DNA of 64,000 nt from Polyangia bacterium (GCA_036504295.1 DASXVK010000718.1:339-64338), one strand, 5' to 3'. Positions 18,758-28,198 are shown, counted from the stretch's first letter. The notes: generated from the sequence alone by a model not told the origin. A program made the numbers and translations.

Positions 18758-21700
18758 CTACTGCGCCGTGCCGACGAGCGACCGCGTGAGGTCGAGCTCG
18801 GGCGTGAGGCCCTCGGTGTAGCGCACCTTCAGCAGGCCGCTCGCGGGCCCGTAGGCGGTGGTGGCGAAGGTGACGCCGACGTTGCACCATGCGCCGGGCG
18901 CGAGCGCGGCGCCGCAGTCGCCGCCCGTGCCGGGGTAGCCGCCCGTCAGGAAGAACGGGCCGGTGAGGTCGGCGGCGATGGCGGTCGTCGGGACCGCGCC
19001 CTGGTTCGTGAGGCCGAAGACGTGGTCGGTCGAGCTCCCGGCCGTGATGACGCCGAAGGCGTAGGGGCCGCACCCCTCGCCGCAGCCGGGCCCGAAGTCG
19101 GCGAGCACGAGGTAGGGGCGCGTGGTGGCCGTGCCGCGCAGATCGCGCGCCGCGGTGCGGCCGCCGCCTGCGTCGGCGTAGTCAAGGGCGAACGTCCCGG
19201 TCACGACGCGGTCGCCGGCCGGAACGAGCTCGACCACCACGGTGCAGCTCGCGCCGTGCGCCAGCGCCGCCCCGCAGTCGCCGCCGCCGGCGTAGCGGAA
19301 GTCGGCGGTGGCGAAGGCCGCGGGCGTGAGGCTCGCGTCCTGGGCGCCCTGATTCGTCACCGTGAAGGTGTGCGGCGTGGCGTGGCCCCAGGTGCCGTAG
19401 TCGAACGGGCTCATGGGGGGACCGCTGCCGTCCCAGTCGAGGATCTGGACGAACGCGCGCGTCGTCGCGGTCGCCGTGACCGCGCGGCTCGCGCCGTGCC
19501 CGCCCCCCGCGTCGGTGTACGCGAGCGTGATCGTGCTCGCCCGCGCGCCGTCGCCGGTCGGGGTGAACGCCACGTTCACCTGGCAGGTGGCGCCGGCCGC
19601 GATGGTCGCGCCGCACGTGCCCGCGGCGACGTAGGAGCCGTTGACCCAGGCGAAGCCGGTGCCGCCGTCGACGGTCCCGGCGGTGACCGTGGCGCCCGTC
19701 CGGCCCCCGTTCGTCACGTGGAAGGTGCGGGTGGTCGCGACGCCCCAGGTGCCGAGGTCGAAGGGCGGCGGGTTCTGGCCGGACGCGCCGCCGGACCACT
19801 CGGAGACGGTGAGGTAGGCGCCGTCGGTGGCGGTGGCGCTGAGCGCGCGGACCGCGTGGCGGCCGCCGTCGTAGGCGAGGTCGATGGCGCTCGCGTGCGG
19901 GCCGGCCGTGCCCGGCGTGAAGGTGACGCTGATCTGGCAGCTCGCGCCGGTGGCGAGCGTGGCGCCGCAGGTGCCGCTCGCCGCCAGGCTGCCGCCGCCG
20001 AACGCGAAGCCGTCGCCGAGCGGGGCCGCGGCGATGCCGGTGGCCCCGGCGCCGCCGAGGTTGCGGGCGTAGAAGCCGCGCGTGACGGGCCGCCCGGTGA
20101 TGCCGAAGTCGTACGGCGGGCTGTTCGCGGCCGGCGCCCAGTCGCGGTTCTCGCTGACCACGACGAGCGGCGCGGTCGTGGCGACCGCCGTGAGCGCCCG
20201 CGTCGCGTGGCGGCCGCCGTCGTAGTCGAGCGTGAGGGTGCTCCCGTGGCGCGCGTCGTCGGCGGGCGGGGTGAACGTGACGCTGGCGCTGCAGCTCGCG
20301 CCGCGCGCGAGTGAGGCGGTGCAGGTGCCGCTCTGCGCGTAGCTCCCGCCCTGGAAGGCGAAGCCGTCGCCGAGGGCCGCCGCGGCGATGCCGGTCGCGC
20401 CCGCCCCGCCGACGTTGATCACCCACGCCGTGCGGGTAACGGGCACGCCCGTCGTGCCGAAGCTCATCGGCCCCGCGCCCGGCCCGCCCGGCGGCTCGGG
20501 CCCGTCGGAGATGACGAGCCGCGGCGCGCTCGTCGCCGTGCCCGTGAGCCCGCGGGTCGCGGTGCCGTCCTGGTACGTCAGGGCGAGCGTGCCGCCGCGC
20601 AGGCCGTCGCTGCTGGGCAGGAAGCTGACGCTCACGGTGCAGCTCTCGCCCGCGGGGAGCGACGCGCCGCAGGTGCCGCCGCCCATCGGCAGCAAGCCGG
20701 TGAGGCCGAAGGCGCCGCCGAGCTGCGCGACGTCGGGCGCGAGGCCGGTCGCCGTCCGCGCGCCGACGTTGCGCACGGTGAAGGTGTGGCTCAGGGCGAT
20801 GCCGGCGGTGCCGTAATCGAACGGGGCCGCGCTCATGCCGTTCCCGCCGCCGCCGCCGTCCCAGTCCGAGATGACGAGGAGCGCCTTCGAGGTGGCCGTG
20901 GCGGCCAGGCCGCGCGTCACGGTCCCGCCGCTGAAGGCGAGCGTGAGCGTGCTCGCGTGCGCGCCGTCGCCGCTCGGGGTGAAGGTGACGCTCACGGTGC
21001 AGCTCGCGCCCGCGGCGAGCGTCGCGCCGCAGGTCGTCGCGGCCGGGAAGGACCCGCCGGTGTAGGCGAAGCCGTCGCCCAGGCCGCCGCCGTCGCCGAG
21101 GCCGGTCGCCGGGCCGCCGCCGCGGTTGGCGAGCGTGAAGACGTGCGTCGCCGCGGCGCCGACGGTGCCGTAGTCGAACCGGTCGCCGTTGCGCCCGCCG
21201 TCGGGGTAGTCGCCGAGCTCGAGCACGGCCGCGGTGGTCGCGTGCGCGGTGAGGCCGCGGGTCGCGGTCTGCGCCCCGAGGCCGTCGTCGTAGCTGAGCG
21301 CGAGCGTGCTCGCGTGGGCTGAGTTGTCGGCGGGCGGGGTGAACGCGACGCCGATCCAGCACCGCGCGCCCTTCGCGAGCGTCGTGCCGCAGTCGCCGCC
21401 GCCGGGCCAGCCGCCGCCCTGGAAGCCGAAGCCGTCGCCGAGCGCCGGGCTGCCGGGGCCGAGGGTCGTGATGTCGCGCGCCCCGGCGTTGACGAGCGTG
21501 AGCCGGCGCCACACCGGTGCGCCGGCGGTGCCGAAGTCGATCGGCTGCTGCCCCGGGCCGCAGCCGTCGCACTCGGTGACGAGCAGCAGCGCCCGCGTCG
21601 TACCGGTGCCGGCGAGGTCGCGCCGCGCGTGCTGCGCGCCGAGCCCGTCGTCGTAGGTGAGGTCGATCTGACCCGTGACGGCGCCGCCGGCGGCGGGGGC

Positions 21701-24700
21701 GAACTCGACGGCGAGGCTGCAGCGGGCGCCCGGGGCGAGCGGCAGCGTGGTGCAGTCGCCGCCGGTGCCGGGGAACGTCCCGCCGGTGAAGCGGAAGGGC
21801 GGGGCGAGCGCGCCGGTGAGCGTGGTCACGGCGCGCGCGCCCGCGTTGGTCACGGTGAAGGTGTGGCCGACCGGCATGCCCGCGGTGCCGAAGTCGTAGG
21901 GGTGGTCGCTCGGGCCGCTGTCCGGCCAGTCGGTGATGACGAGCAGGGCGCGATCGGTGCCCGCGCCCACGACCGTGCGGGTCGCGGTCCGGGCCGCGCC
22001 GCCGTCGTCGTAGTCGAGCGCGAGCGTCGCCCCGGCCGGGGCGGTGGCGGTCGGGTGGAACGTGACCACGACCGTGCACGAGTGCCCCGCGAGGAGCGTC
22101 GCGCCGCAGTCGCCGCCGGTGCCCGGGTAGGTGCCGTCCTTGTAGGCGAACGGCGCGGCCAGCGCGCGCCCCCCCATGGCGGTCGCCTGGTCGGCCCCGG
22201 CGTTGACGACCGTGAAGGCGTGCTCGGTCGTCGACCCGAGCGGCCGGGTGCCGTAGTCGAAGACCGGCGGCCCGCTGTCGCCTTCCTTGTTCTGGATCAC
22301 GAGGAGCGCGCGCTTCGTGCCGGTGCCGCGCACGTCGCGGCGCGCGCTCTGCGTGGCGGTCCCGTCGAAGTAGCCGAGCGCGACCGCGCCGGTCGCGGGC
22401 CCGGGGAGGGTCGGGGCGAACGCGATCACGACCTGGCACCGGGTGCCGGCCGGGATGGTCGAGCCGCAGGTCCCGTTCGTGCCGGGGTAGGCGCCGCCCT
22501 CGTAGCCGAACCCGGCCCCGATCGCCGGGGTCGTGATGGCGGTCGCGGCGGCGGCGCCGTGGTTCGTGACGTAGAACCCGTGGCTCACGCTGGCGCCCAG
22601 GCCGAACGTGCCGAAGTCCCACACCGGGCCGATGTTCGCGATGTCGAAGTCGGTGACGGTCAGGACGGCGCCGCTCGCTCCGGCGCCGGCGACCGCCCGG
22701 CTGACGGTCCGGGTCTGGGCGCCGTCGTCGTAGTCGAGGCTGAGCGTGGCCGTGGCGCTCGGCGCCGCGGTCGGGGTGAACGCGACGACCACGGAGCAGG
22801 CCTCGCCCGGGGCGAGGGTGGCGCCGCAGCTCCCGCCGGCGGCGCTGAACGGCGCCGCGAGCGCGGCCGGGTGCAGCGCGGTCGCCGCCACGAGGCCGAC
22901 GTTCGTCAGGTAGAAGGTGTACGTCGCGGTCGCGCCCAGGCCCACGCGGCCGAAGTCGTGCGTCGCCGGGTCCGCCGGCAGGCCGAAGGCGGTGTAGTAC
23001 TCGAGCGGGAAGTCGGTGACGACGAGGCGGGCCTGGTCCGTGCCCGCGCCGCTCACGCCGCAGGTCGCGCTCTGGGCGGCGGCGCCGTCGTGGTAGCCGA
23101 GCGTGAGCGTGCCGGTCGCGGGCGCGGGGCCCGCCGGCGTGAAGGCCACGGCGAGCGTGCAGATCGCGCCCGGGTCGAGCGTCGCGCCGCAGCTCCCGCC
23201 GAAGCCCGGGTAGGGGCGGCCGCCGGCGAAGCCGAACGGCGCGGCCAGCGCCCCGAGGGTGAGCGCGGTCGCGGGCCGCCCGCCGGTGTTCATGACCGCG
23301 AACAGGTGGTTGAGGCTGTGCCCCGTCGCGATGGTGCCGTAGTCGAACGCGGTCCCGTCGTAGAAGCTCAGCTGCGCGAGGGCGGCCGCGGTGGCCGTGA
23401 GGCCGCGCGTCGCCGTCCGGCCGGCGCCGTACGTGAGCGTCAGCGTGCTCGCGTGCGTCCCCGGCTGCGCCGGCGGCGTGAAGGTGACGAGCACCGTGCA
23501 GCTCGCGTTCTTCGCGAGGCTCGCCCCGCACGTGCCGCCGCCCGGGTACCCGGCCCCGGCCCATTCGAAGCCGTCGCCGAGCGTGGTCCCGGCGCCGAGG
23601 TCGGTGACGTCGGTCGCGCCCTGGTTGCGGACCCAGAAGGTCCAGCTCGCCGGCACCCCGGCGGGGCCGAAGTCGAAGACGCTGCCGCTCCTGCCGCCGC
23701 CGGCGAAATCGTCGATGGTGACGAGCGGCGCCGTCGTCGCGACCGCGCTCAGGCCGCGGGTCGCGGTCTGGGTCCCGAGGCCGTCGTCGAAGGCGAGAGC
23801 GAGCGTGCTCGCGTGGGCCGCGTCGTCGCTGGGCGGGGTGAACGTGAGGGCGACGGTGCAGCGCGCGCCCGCGGCGAGCGTCGCGCCGCAGGTGCCGCCG
23901 CCGGGGTACGCGCCGCCGGTGAAGCCGAAGCCGTCGCCGAGCGCCGGGCTGCCGGCGCCGAGCGCGGTGATGTCCCGGGCGCCGGTGTTCGTGACCGACA
24001 CGGTCCGGCTGACGGGCGCCCCGGCGGTGCCGAAGCTCACGACCGCCGGGATCGTCGCGCAGCCCTCGCAGTCCGTGATGAGGAGGAACGCGCGCGACGT
24101 GCCGGTGCCGGTGACGTCGCGCCGGGCGTGCTGGGCGCCCACCCCGTCGTCGTAGGTGAGGTCGATCTGGCTGGCGGCGAGCCCGCCGCCGGCCGGGGCG
24201 AGCTCGACCACGATGGTGCAGCGCGCGCCCGGGGCGAGGGGCAGCGCGTCGCAGTCGCCGCCGGCGCCGGGGAACGCACCCCCCTTGAAGCGGAACGGGG
24301 CGCCGACGGCTCCGGTGAGCGCGGTGACGGCGCTCGCGCCGGCGTTCGTCACGGTGAACGCGTGCGCGACCGGCTGGCCCGCGGTGCCGAAGTCGTAGGG
24401 GTGGTCCGGCGTGCCGCCGTGGGCGTCGTCGCTGATCGCGAGGAGGGCGCGGTCGGTGCCCGCGCCGATCACCGTGCGGGTGGCGGTCCGCGCGACGCTC
24501 CCGTCGTGGTAGCCGAGCGTGATCGCCGCGCCGGCGTGGCCGGCGGTGGTGGGGTGGAACGTGACGACGAGGGTGCACGTGGCGCCGGCGCCGAGCGCCG
24601 CGCCGCAGTCGCCGCCGGTCCCCGGGTAGGCGCCGTCCTTGTAGGCGAACGGGGCCGCGAGCGCGGCGGCCTGGAGCGCGCTCGCGGCCTGCGCGCCGGC

Positions 24701-26152
24701 GTTCACCACCGTGAAGGTGTGCTCGGCCGCCGCCCCGAGCGGGAGGGTGCCGTAGTCGAAGAGCGGCGGGCCGCTCTCGTCGGGCTGGTCCTGGATGACG
24801 ACGAGCGCGAGGCCGGTGCCGGTGCCGCGCACCGGGCGGGTCGCGGTCTGCGCCGCCGCGCCGTCGTCGTAGTCGAGGGCCACGGCGCCCGTCGCCGGGC
24901 CGGCCGCGACCGGCGTGAACGCGACCACGAGCTGGCACTGCGTGCCCGCGGCGATCGCCGCGCCGCAGGTGCCGCCGGCGCCCGGGTACGCGCCGCCGGC
25001 GTAGGCGAAGCCTGGGCCGATGGCGGCGGCGGTCACCGCGGTGGCCGGGCCGCCGCCCGAGTTGGCGACGTAGAAGGTGTGCATCCCGGTGACGCCCACG
25101 CCGAGCGTGCCGAAGTCCCACGCCGGGCCGAAGCTCGTCACGTCGAAGTCGGTGATCGTGAGGACGGCGCCGGTGGCCCCGGCGCCCGTGAGGGGCCGGC
25201 TGGTGACGCGGAGCGCGGCGCCGTCGCTGTACGCGAGGCTCAGCTCCGCGGTCGCGCGCGGGGCCGCGGCCGGGGCGAAGCCGACCATGACGATGCACGC
25301 GTCGCGCGGGGCGAGGGTCGCGCCGCAGGTGCCGCCCGCGCCGGGGAAGGCGCCGCCGGCATAGCCGTACGGCGCCGCGAGCGGGCCCGCGAGGAGCGAC
25401 GTCGCCGGCGCCAGACCCACGTTCGCGACGTGGAAGGCGTGGGTCGCGGTCGTGCCGAGGCCCACGCGGCCGAAGTCGTACGCCGCCGGGTCCGGCGGCA
25501 GGCCGTAGTCGGTGTAGTAGGCGAGCGGGAAGTCGGTGACGACGAGGTGGCCCTGGTGCGTGCCGGCGCCGGCGAGCCCGCAGCTCGCCGTCTGCGCGGC
25601 GGCGCCGTCGTGGTAGCCGACGCTGAGCGTGCCCGCCGCGGCGACCGGGTCGGCCGGCGTGAACGCGACGACGATGGCGCAGGTCGCGCCCGGGTCGAGC
25701 GTCGTGCCGCAGCTCCCGCCGAGGCCGGGGTAGGCGCCGCCGGCGAAGGCGAAGGGCGCGGCGAGCGGCGTGCCGGCGAGCGCGGTCGCGGTCTGGCCGC
25801 CGTCGTTCGTGAGCCGGAAGACGTGCGTGACGCTGCGCCCGGTGGCGAGGGTGCCGTAGTCGAACGCGGGCGCCTCGGCGAAGGTCAGGTGCGCCGCCGG
25901 CGCGGCGTCGGCGGGCGTGGCGGCGTCGCCACCGTCGGCGGGCGTGGCGGCGTCGCCGCCGTCGGCGGGCGTCGCGGCGTCGCCGCCGGCGTCGCCGCCG
26001 CCGTCGGCCGCCGGCGCGGCGTCGCCGCCGTCCGTCGCCGCGGCGCCGTCGGCCAGGCTCGCGTCCACCGCGGGGGCTTTGCCGCTGTCACACCCGCCCA
26101 CGCCGCCCAGCACCAGTGCTCCGAGGAACAGCCCGACCGCGACTCGCACCAT
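18758..26152 (-). CDS. Giant surface lipoprotein (2464 aa) made of about 20 tandem choice-of-anchor-D / HYDIN-ASH-like Ig-fold domains
   Basis: ATG 26152 follows GGAGGA. The signal is MVRVAVGLFLGALVLGGVGGC. An about 119-aa unit then recurs 20 times. Its pattern is FD(F/Y)G..G......F.V.N.G...T.......L...F...GG.YPG.GG.CG..L..G..C...V.F.P......A...L.Y.DG...........G.GT. The upstream part of track ORF 18758..27502 is a spurious extension. Confidence 0.85.
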   Translation of the reverse strand: MVRVAVGLFLGALVLGGVGGCDSGKAPAVDASLADGAAATDGGDAAPAADGGGDAGGDAATPADGGDAATPADGGDAATPADAAPAAHLTFAEAPAFDYGTLATGRSVTHVFRLTNDGGQTATALAGTPLAAPFAFAGGAYPGLGGSCGTTLDPGATCAIVVAFTPADPVAAAGTLSVGYHDGAAAQTASCGLAGAGTHQGHLVVTDFPLAYYTDYGLPPDPAAYDFGRVGLGTTATHAFHVANVGLAPATSLLAGPLAAPYGYAGGAFPGAGGTCGATLAPRDACIVMVGFAPAAAPRATAELSLAYSDGAALRVTSRPLTGAGATGAVLTITDFDVTSFGPAWDFGTLGVGVTGMHTFYVANSGGGPATAVTAAAIGPGFAYAGGAYPGAGGTCGAAIAAGTQCQLVVAFTPVAAGPATGAVALDYDDGAAAQTATRPVRGTGTGLALVVIQDQPDESGPPLFDYGTLPLGAAAEHTFTVVNAGAQAASALQAAALAAPFAYKDGAYPGTGGDCGAALGAGATCTLVVTFHPTTAGHAGAAITLGYHDGSVARTATRTVIGAGTDRALLAISDDAHGGTPDHPYDFGTAGQPVAHAFTVTNAGASAVTALTGAVGAPFRFKGGAFPGAGGDCDALPLAPGARCTIVVELAPAGGGLAASQIDLTYDDGVGAQHARRDVTGTGTSRAFLLITDCEGCATIPAVVSFGTAGAPVSRTVSVTNTGARDITALGAGSPALGDGFGFTGGAYPGGGTCGATLAAGARCTVALTFTPPSDDAAHASTLALAFDDGLGTQTATRGLSAVATTAPLVTIDDFAGGGRSGSVFDFGPAGVPASWTFWVRNQGATDVTDLGAGTTLGDGFEWAGAGYPGGGTCGASLAKNASCTVLVTFTPPAQPGTHASTLTLTYGAGRTATRGLTATAAALAQLSFYDGTAFDYGTIATGHSLNHLFAVMNTGGRPATALTLGALAAPFGFAGGRPYPGFGGSCGATLDPGAICTLAVAFTPAGPAPATGTLTLGYHDGAAAQSATCGVSGAGTDQARLVVTDFPLEYYTAFGLPADPATHDFGRVGLGATATYTFYLTNVGLVAATALHPAALAAPFSAAGGSCGATLAPGEACSVVVAFTPTAAPSATATLSLDYDDGAQTRTVSRAVAGAGASGAVLTVTDFDIANIGPVWDFGTFGLGASVSHGFYVTNHGAAAATAITTPAIGAGFGYEGGAYPGTNGTCGSTIPAGTRCQVVIAFAPTLPGPATGAVALGYFDGTATQSARRDVRGTGTKRALLVIQNKEGDSGPPVFDYGTRPLGSTTEHAFTVVNAGADQATAMGGRALAAPFAYKDGTYPGTGGDCGATLLAGHSCTVVVTFHPTATAPAGATLALDYDDGGAARTATRTVVGAGTDRALLVITDWPDSGPSDHPYDFGTAGMPVGHTFTVTNAGARAVTTLTGALAPPFRFTGGTFPGTGGDCTTLPLAPGARCSLAVEFAPAAGGAVTGQIDLTYDDGLGAQHARRDLAGTGTTRALLLVTECDGCGPGQQPIDFGTAGAPVWRRLTLVNAGARDITTLGPGSPALGDGFGFQGGGWPGGGDCGTTLAKGARCWIGVAFTPPADNSAHASTLALSYDDGLGAQTATRGLTAHATTAAVLELGDYPDGGRNGDRFDYGTVGAAATHVFTLANRGGGPATGLGDGGGLGDGFAYTGGSFPAATTCGATLAAGASCTVSVTFTPSGDGAHASTLTLAFSGGTVTRGLAATATSKALLVISDWDGGGGGNGMSAAPFDYGTAGIALSHTFTVRNVGARTATGLAPDVAQLGGAFGLTGLLPMGGGTCGASLPAGESCTVSVSFLPSSDGLRGGTLALTYQDGTATRGLTGTATSAPRLVISDGPEPPGGPGAGPMSFGTTGVPVTRTAWVINVGGAGATGIAAAALGDGFAFQGGSYAQSGTCTASLARGASCSASVTFTPPADDARHGSTLTLDYDGGRHATRALTAVATTAPLVVVSENRDWAPAANSPPYDFGITGRPVTRGFYARNLGGAGATGIAAAPLGDGFAFGGGSLAASGTCGATLATGASCQISVTFTPGTAGPHASAIDLAYDGGRHAVRALSATATDGAYLTVSEWSGGASGQNPPPFDLGTWGVATTRTFHVTNGGRTGATVTAGTVDGGTGFAWVNGSYVAAGTCGATIAAGATCQVNVAFTPTGDGARASTITLAYTDAGGGHGASRAVTATATTRAFVQILDWDGSGPPMSPFDYGTWGHATPHTFTVTNQGAQDASLTPAAFATADFRYAGGGDCGAALAHGASCTVVVELVPAGDRVVTGTFALDYADAGGGRTAARDLRGTATTRPYLVLADFGPGCGEGCGPYAFGVITAGSSTDHVFGLTNQGAVPTTAIAADLTGPFFLTGGYPGTGGDCGAALAPGAWCNVGVTFATTAYGPASGLLKVRYTEGLTPELDLTRSLVGTAQ
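20891..25891. repeat. Intragenic segmental duplication of a 7-domain (about 2.5 kb) block
   Basis: Residues 88-926 (nt 23375..25891) and 927-1754 (nt 20891..23374) are collinear domain by domain. Their similarity is clearly higher (roughly two thirds identity by eye) than between neighbouring domains within a block. Confidence 0.7.
25907..25987. repeat. 27-bp tandem repeat x3 in the lipoprotein linker (encodes DAATPADGG x3)
   Basis: The units are at 25907..25933, 25934..25960 and 25961..25987, with 1-3 substitutions between them. Confidence 0.9.
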
Positions 26153-26373
26153 CGTCCTCCGCTCAGGCCGCGCCCGCAGGCCGCGGGCCGGCGCATCTGC
26201 ACCGATGTTCGACGTACAGGTATGCGGAACACAAGGAGAAACCAGCGGCGGGCCGCCGCAAGTCCGCTCCGCGCGCGGCCGCGGTGCCACGTCACATGCC
26301 CCGGTCGTCATGCGGAGACCACGCGCGACCCGCCCGCGAGTTTCCTCGCGGCGAGCGGCGCCGGCCCCGGGCC

Positions 26374-27486
26374 CTACGCGACGCCCGCGACCCGCGCCGC
26401 GAGCTGCAGCGCGAACACCGCCATCGCCTTCTGCACGTCGAGGCCGGGCTCGCACAGCTTCAGCCCCATGCCCGTCGGCACGGTGCGGTCCGCCCGGGCG
26501 CTGAAGAGCTTGCGCCAGGCGACGCGCGCCCGCGCCGCGATCGGGGCCAGCCCCGGCGGCGTGAGCTCCATGTCGACGACGGCGTTGCCCGGCGGCGGCG
26601 CGATGGTGCGCACGAAGAGGCCCGAGATGCTGACGTTGTAGGACAGGCCGTGGCGCCAGCGGCCGCCCTCCTCGCGGAAGCGGACCAGCACCGCGCAGGG
26701 GAACCGCGGCGCGGCGCGCAGGCGGCCGTGATCGCGGATGGTGGCCTCGTTCGCGAGGAAGACCAGCTCGTCGGGCGGGCGGCGCGCGTCGTAGAGGTGC
26801 CGGAACCCGCTCTCGAGGGCCGCGGCGGCGGTCTCGGACGACACCTCGCCGTCGACGAGGAGGATGCCCGGCGGGGTCTCGCCCAGGCGCTCGCCGGCGA
26901 GCGCCAGGAAGCTCGTCGGCTCGCACCCCGGCAGGCGGTGGTCGAGCACCACGAGGTCGACCCCGTCCCCGTCCTCGAGGACCCTGAGCGCCTCGACGCC
27001 GTCGCCCACGCGGACGACGTGGAAGCCCGCCTGGCTCAGCAGGAACGTGAGCAGCCGGCCCCGGGTGGGCGCCGTGTCGGCGAGCAGCACGGTGCGCTGC
27101 TGCGACGGCGTGCCGAGCTGCGGCGCCTCGCTGGCCAGGGCGAGGTAGCCGCCCAGCTCGTGGTCGAGCTCGTCCTCGGCGAGCAGGTCGTCGGCGCCGA
27201 GCGAGGCCGCGCGCAGCGCGCCGTCGAGGCTGAGGGCGGGCACGATGGCGATGAGCGGCACGCCCTGCAGCGCCGGCGTGCCCTGCACCGCCTCGGTGAT
27301 CTGCGCGAGGTCCGGGGCCGCGAGGTGGACGAGGATCGCGTCGGGGCTCACGTCCTCGGCGGCGACGGCCTCGAGCTCGGCCGCGGTGGCCGCGAACCGC
27401 AGCACGCCGCTGGCGGCCTCCGCCGCGCCCTGCAGCGCGCGGTCGCGCGGTGTGAACGGGCCCAGGGCGAGGAACGAGCGCGGCAT
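26374..27486 (-). CDS. Pseudo-receiver + receiver + PilZ domain protein (predicted c-di-GMP binding)
   Basis: ATG is at 27486 (MPRSFLAL). The first REC-like domain has His where the phospho-Asp is expected (AILVHLAAPD). The second has DLVVLDHRLPG. The C-terminus carries the PilZ signatures RAAPR (RxxxR) and NVSISG (D/NxSxxG). Confidence 0.7.
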   Translation of the reverse strand: MPRSFLALGPFTPRDRALQGAAEAASGVLRFAATAAELEAVAAEDVSPDAILVHLAAPDLAQITEAVQGTPALQGVPLIAIVPALSLDGALRAASLGADDLLAEDELDHELGGYLALASEAPQLGTPSQQRTVLLADTAPTRGRLLTFLLSQAGFHVVRVGDGVEALRVLEDGDGVDLVVLDHRLPGCEPTSFLALAGERLGETPPGILLVDGEVSSETAAAALESGFRHLYDARRPPDELVFLANEATIRDHGRLRAAPRFPCAVLVRFREEGGRWRHGLSYNVSISGLFVRTIAPPPGNAVVDMELTPPGLAPIAARARVAWRKLFSARADRTVPTGMGLKLCEPGLDVQKAMAVFALQLAARVAGVA

Positions 27487-27529
27487 CCCGCGATGTTCCC
27501 ATTGCAGGCCGCGCGGCGTCAACCTCGCG

Positions 27530-28198
27530 CTACGGCGCCTGATCCCGCAGCTTCAGCCGCGCCTCGGGGAACGCGCGCCCCCACAGCCGGCGCGGTTTGC
27601 GCCCCTCGTCGCGCACCGCGGCCGCCGGCTGGAACGCGATCACCCCCATCCCGCAGTGGCTCACGACCAGCGACGCCGGCGGCGGCGTGTCGGCGTCCCG
27701 GCGCGTGAGCAGCTCGAGGAAGTCCGCGGCCTCGTAGAACCACAGCGCCCCGGCCCGGCACCCTACCTGCAGCTCGACGAGCCACGGCCCCAGCTGCGCG
27801 ACGACGTGGGTGGCCTTGCTGACCCAGCACTCGTGCGGCGCCGGCCGCCGCGCCGCGCGCTTGTAGAGCGCCATCGCGTCGACACCGGAGCGCAGCCGGC
27901 GGACCGTGATCGCCGCCTCCGCGAAGAGCTTCGGGTCGCGCGGCACGAGGGTGGCTTGCAGCCGCCACGGCTCGAGCTTGAGCTGCTTGAGCAGCCGATC
28001 CTTGGGGTCGCAGGTCGCCGGCTCCTCGGGGCCGCGCTCCAGCGCCACGACCACGCGCTTGTAGTGGCGGTAGAAGGTCTCGAGGTGCGCCTGCCACTCC
28101 GCCACGCCGGGCGGCGGAGGCTCGGCGCCGGCGGGCGCGGCCCGCGCGAGCAGAGCGAGCAGGACGGCGGCGAGCGCGACGGGGGTGCGGGCGCGCAT
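27530..28198 (-). CDS. Secreted hypothetical protein
   Basis: ATG is at 28198, with signal MRARTPVALAAVLLALLARAAPAGA. This is the last 222 aa of the otherwise spurious track ORF 27530..30265. Confidence 0.55.
   Translation of the reverse strand: MRARTPVALAAVLLALLARAAPAGAEPPPPGVAEWQAHLETFYRHYKRVVVALERGPEEPATCDPKDRLLKQLKLEPWRLQATLVPRDPKLFAEAAITVRRLRSGVDAMALYKRAARRPAPHECWVSKATHVVAQLGPWLVELQVGCRAGALWFYEAADFLELLTRRDADTPPPASLVVSHCGMGVIAFQPAAAVRDEGRKPRRLWGRAFPEARLKLRDQAP

Noticed and set aside
18758-26152. Strong DNA periodicity here and at 54758..56179, considered as a possible CRISPR array or satellite.
   Set aside because: The periods are about 357 bp and about 207 bp. The units are divergent (not identical repeats with unique spacers) and lie in frame within protein domains. 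No cas genes are present.
26153-26373. A possible sigma-54 element (TGGCAC-N5-CCGCG on the minus strand) upstream of the giant gene.
   Set aside because: The -12 part lacks the conserved TTGC context, so in 70% GC DNA this could arise by chance. It is not reported as a feature.
19182-26641. Alternative long frames over the giant gene (19182..25298 minus, 2038 aa; 21629..26641 plus, 1670 aa).
   Set aside because: These are Arg/Gly/Pro/His-rich nonsense translations. Only the 18758..26152 frame yields the regular 119-aa domain repeat.
26153-27502. N-terminal 450-codon extension of track ORF 18758..27502.
   Set aside because: The extension is Arg/Pro/Gly-rich and overlaps the well-supported PilZ gene in another frame. 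A lipoprotein signal with a GGAGGA RBS marks the real start at 26152.
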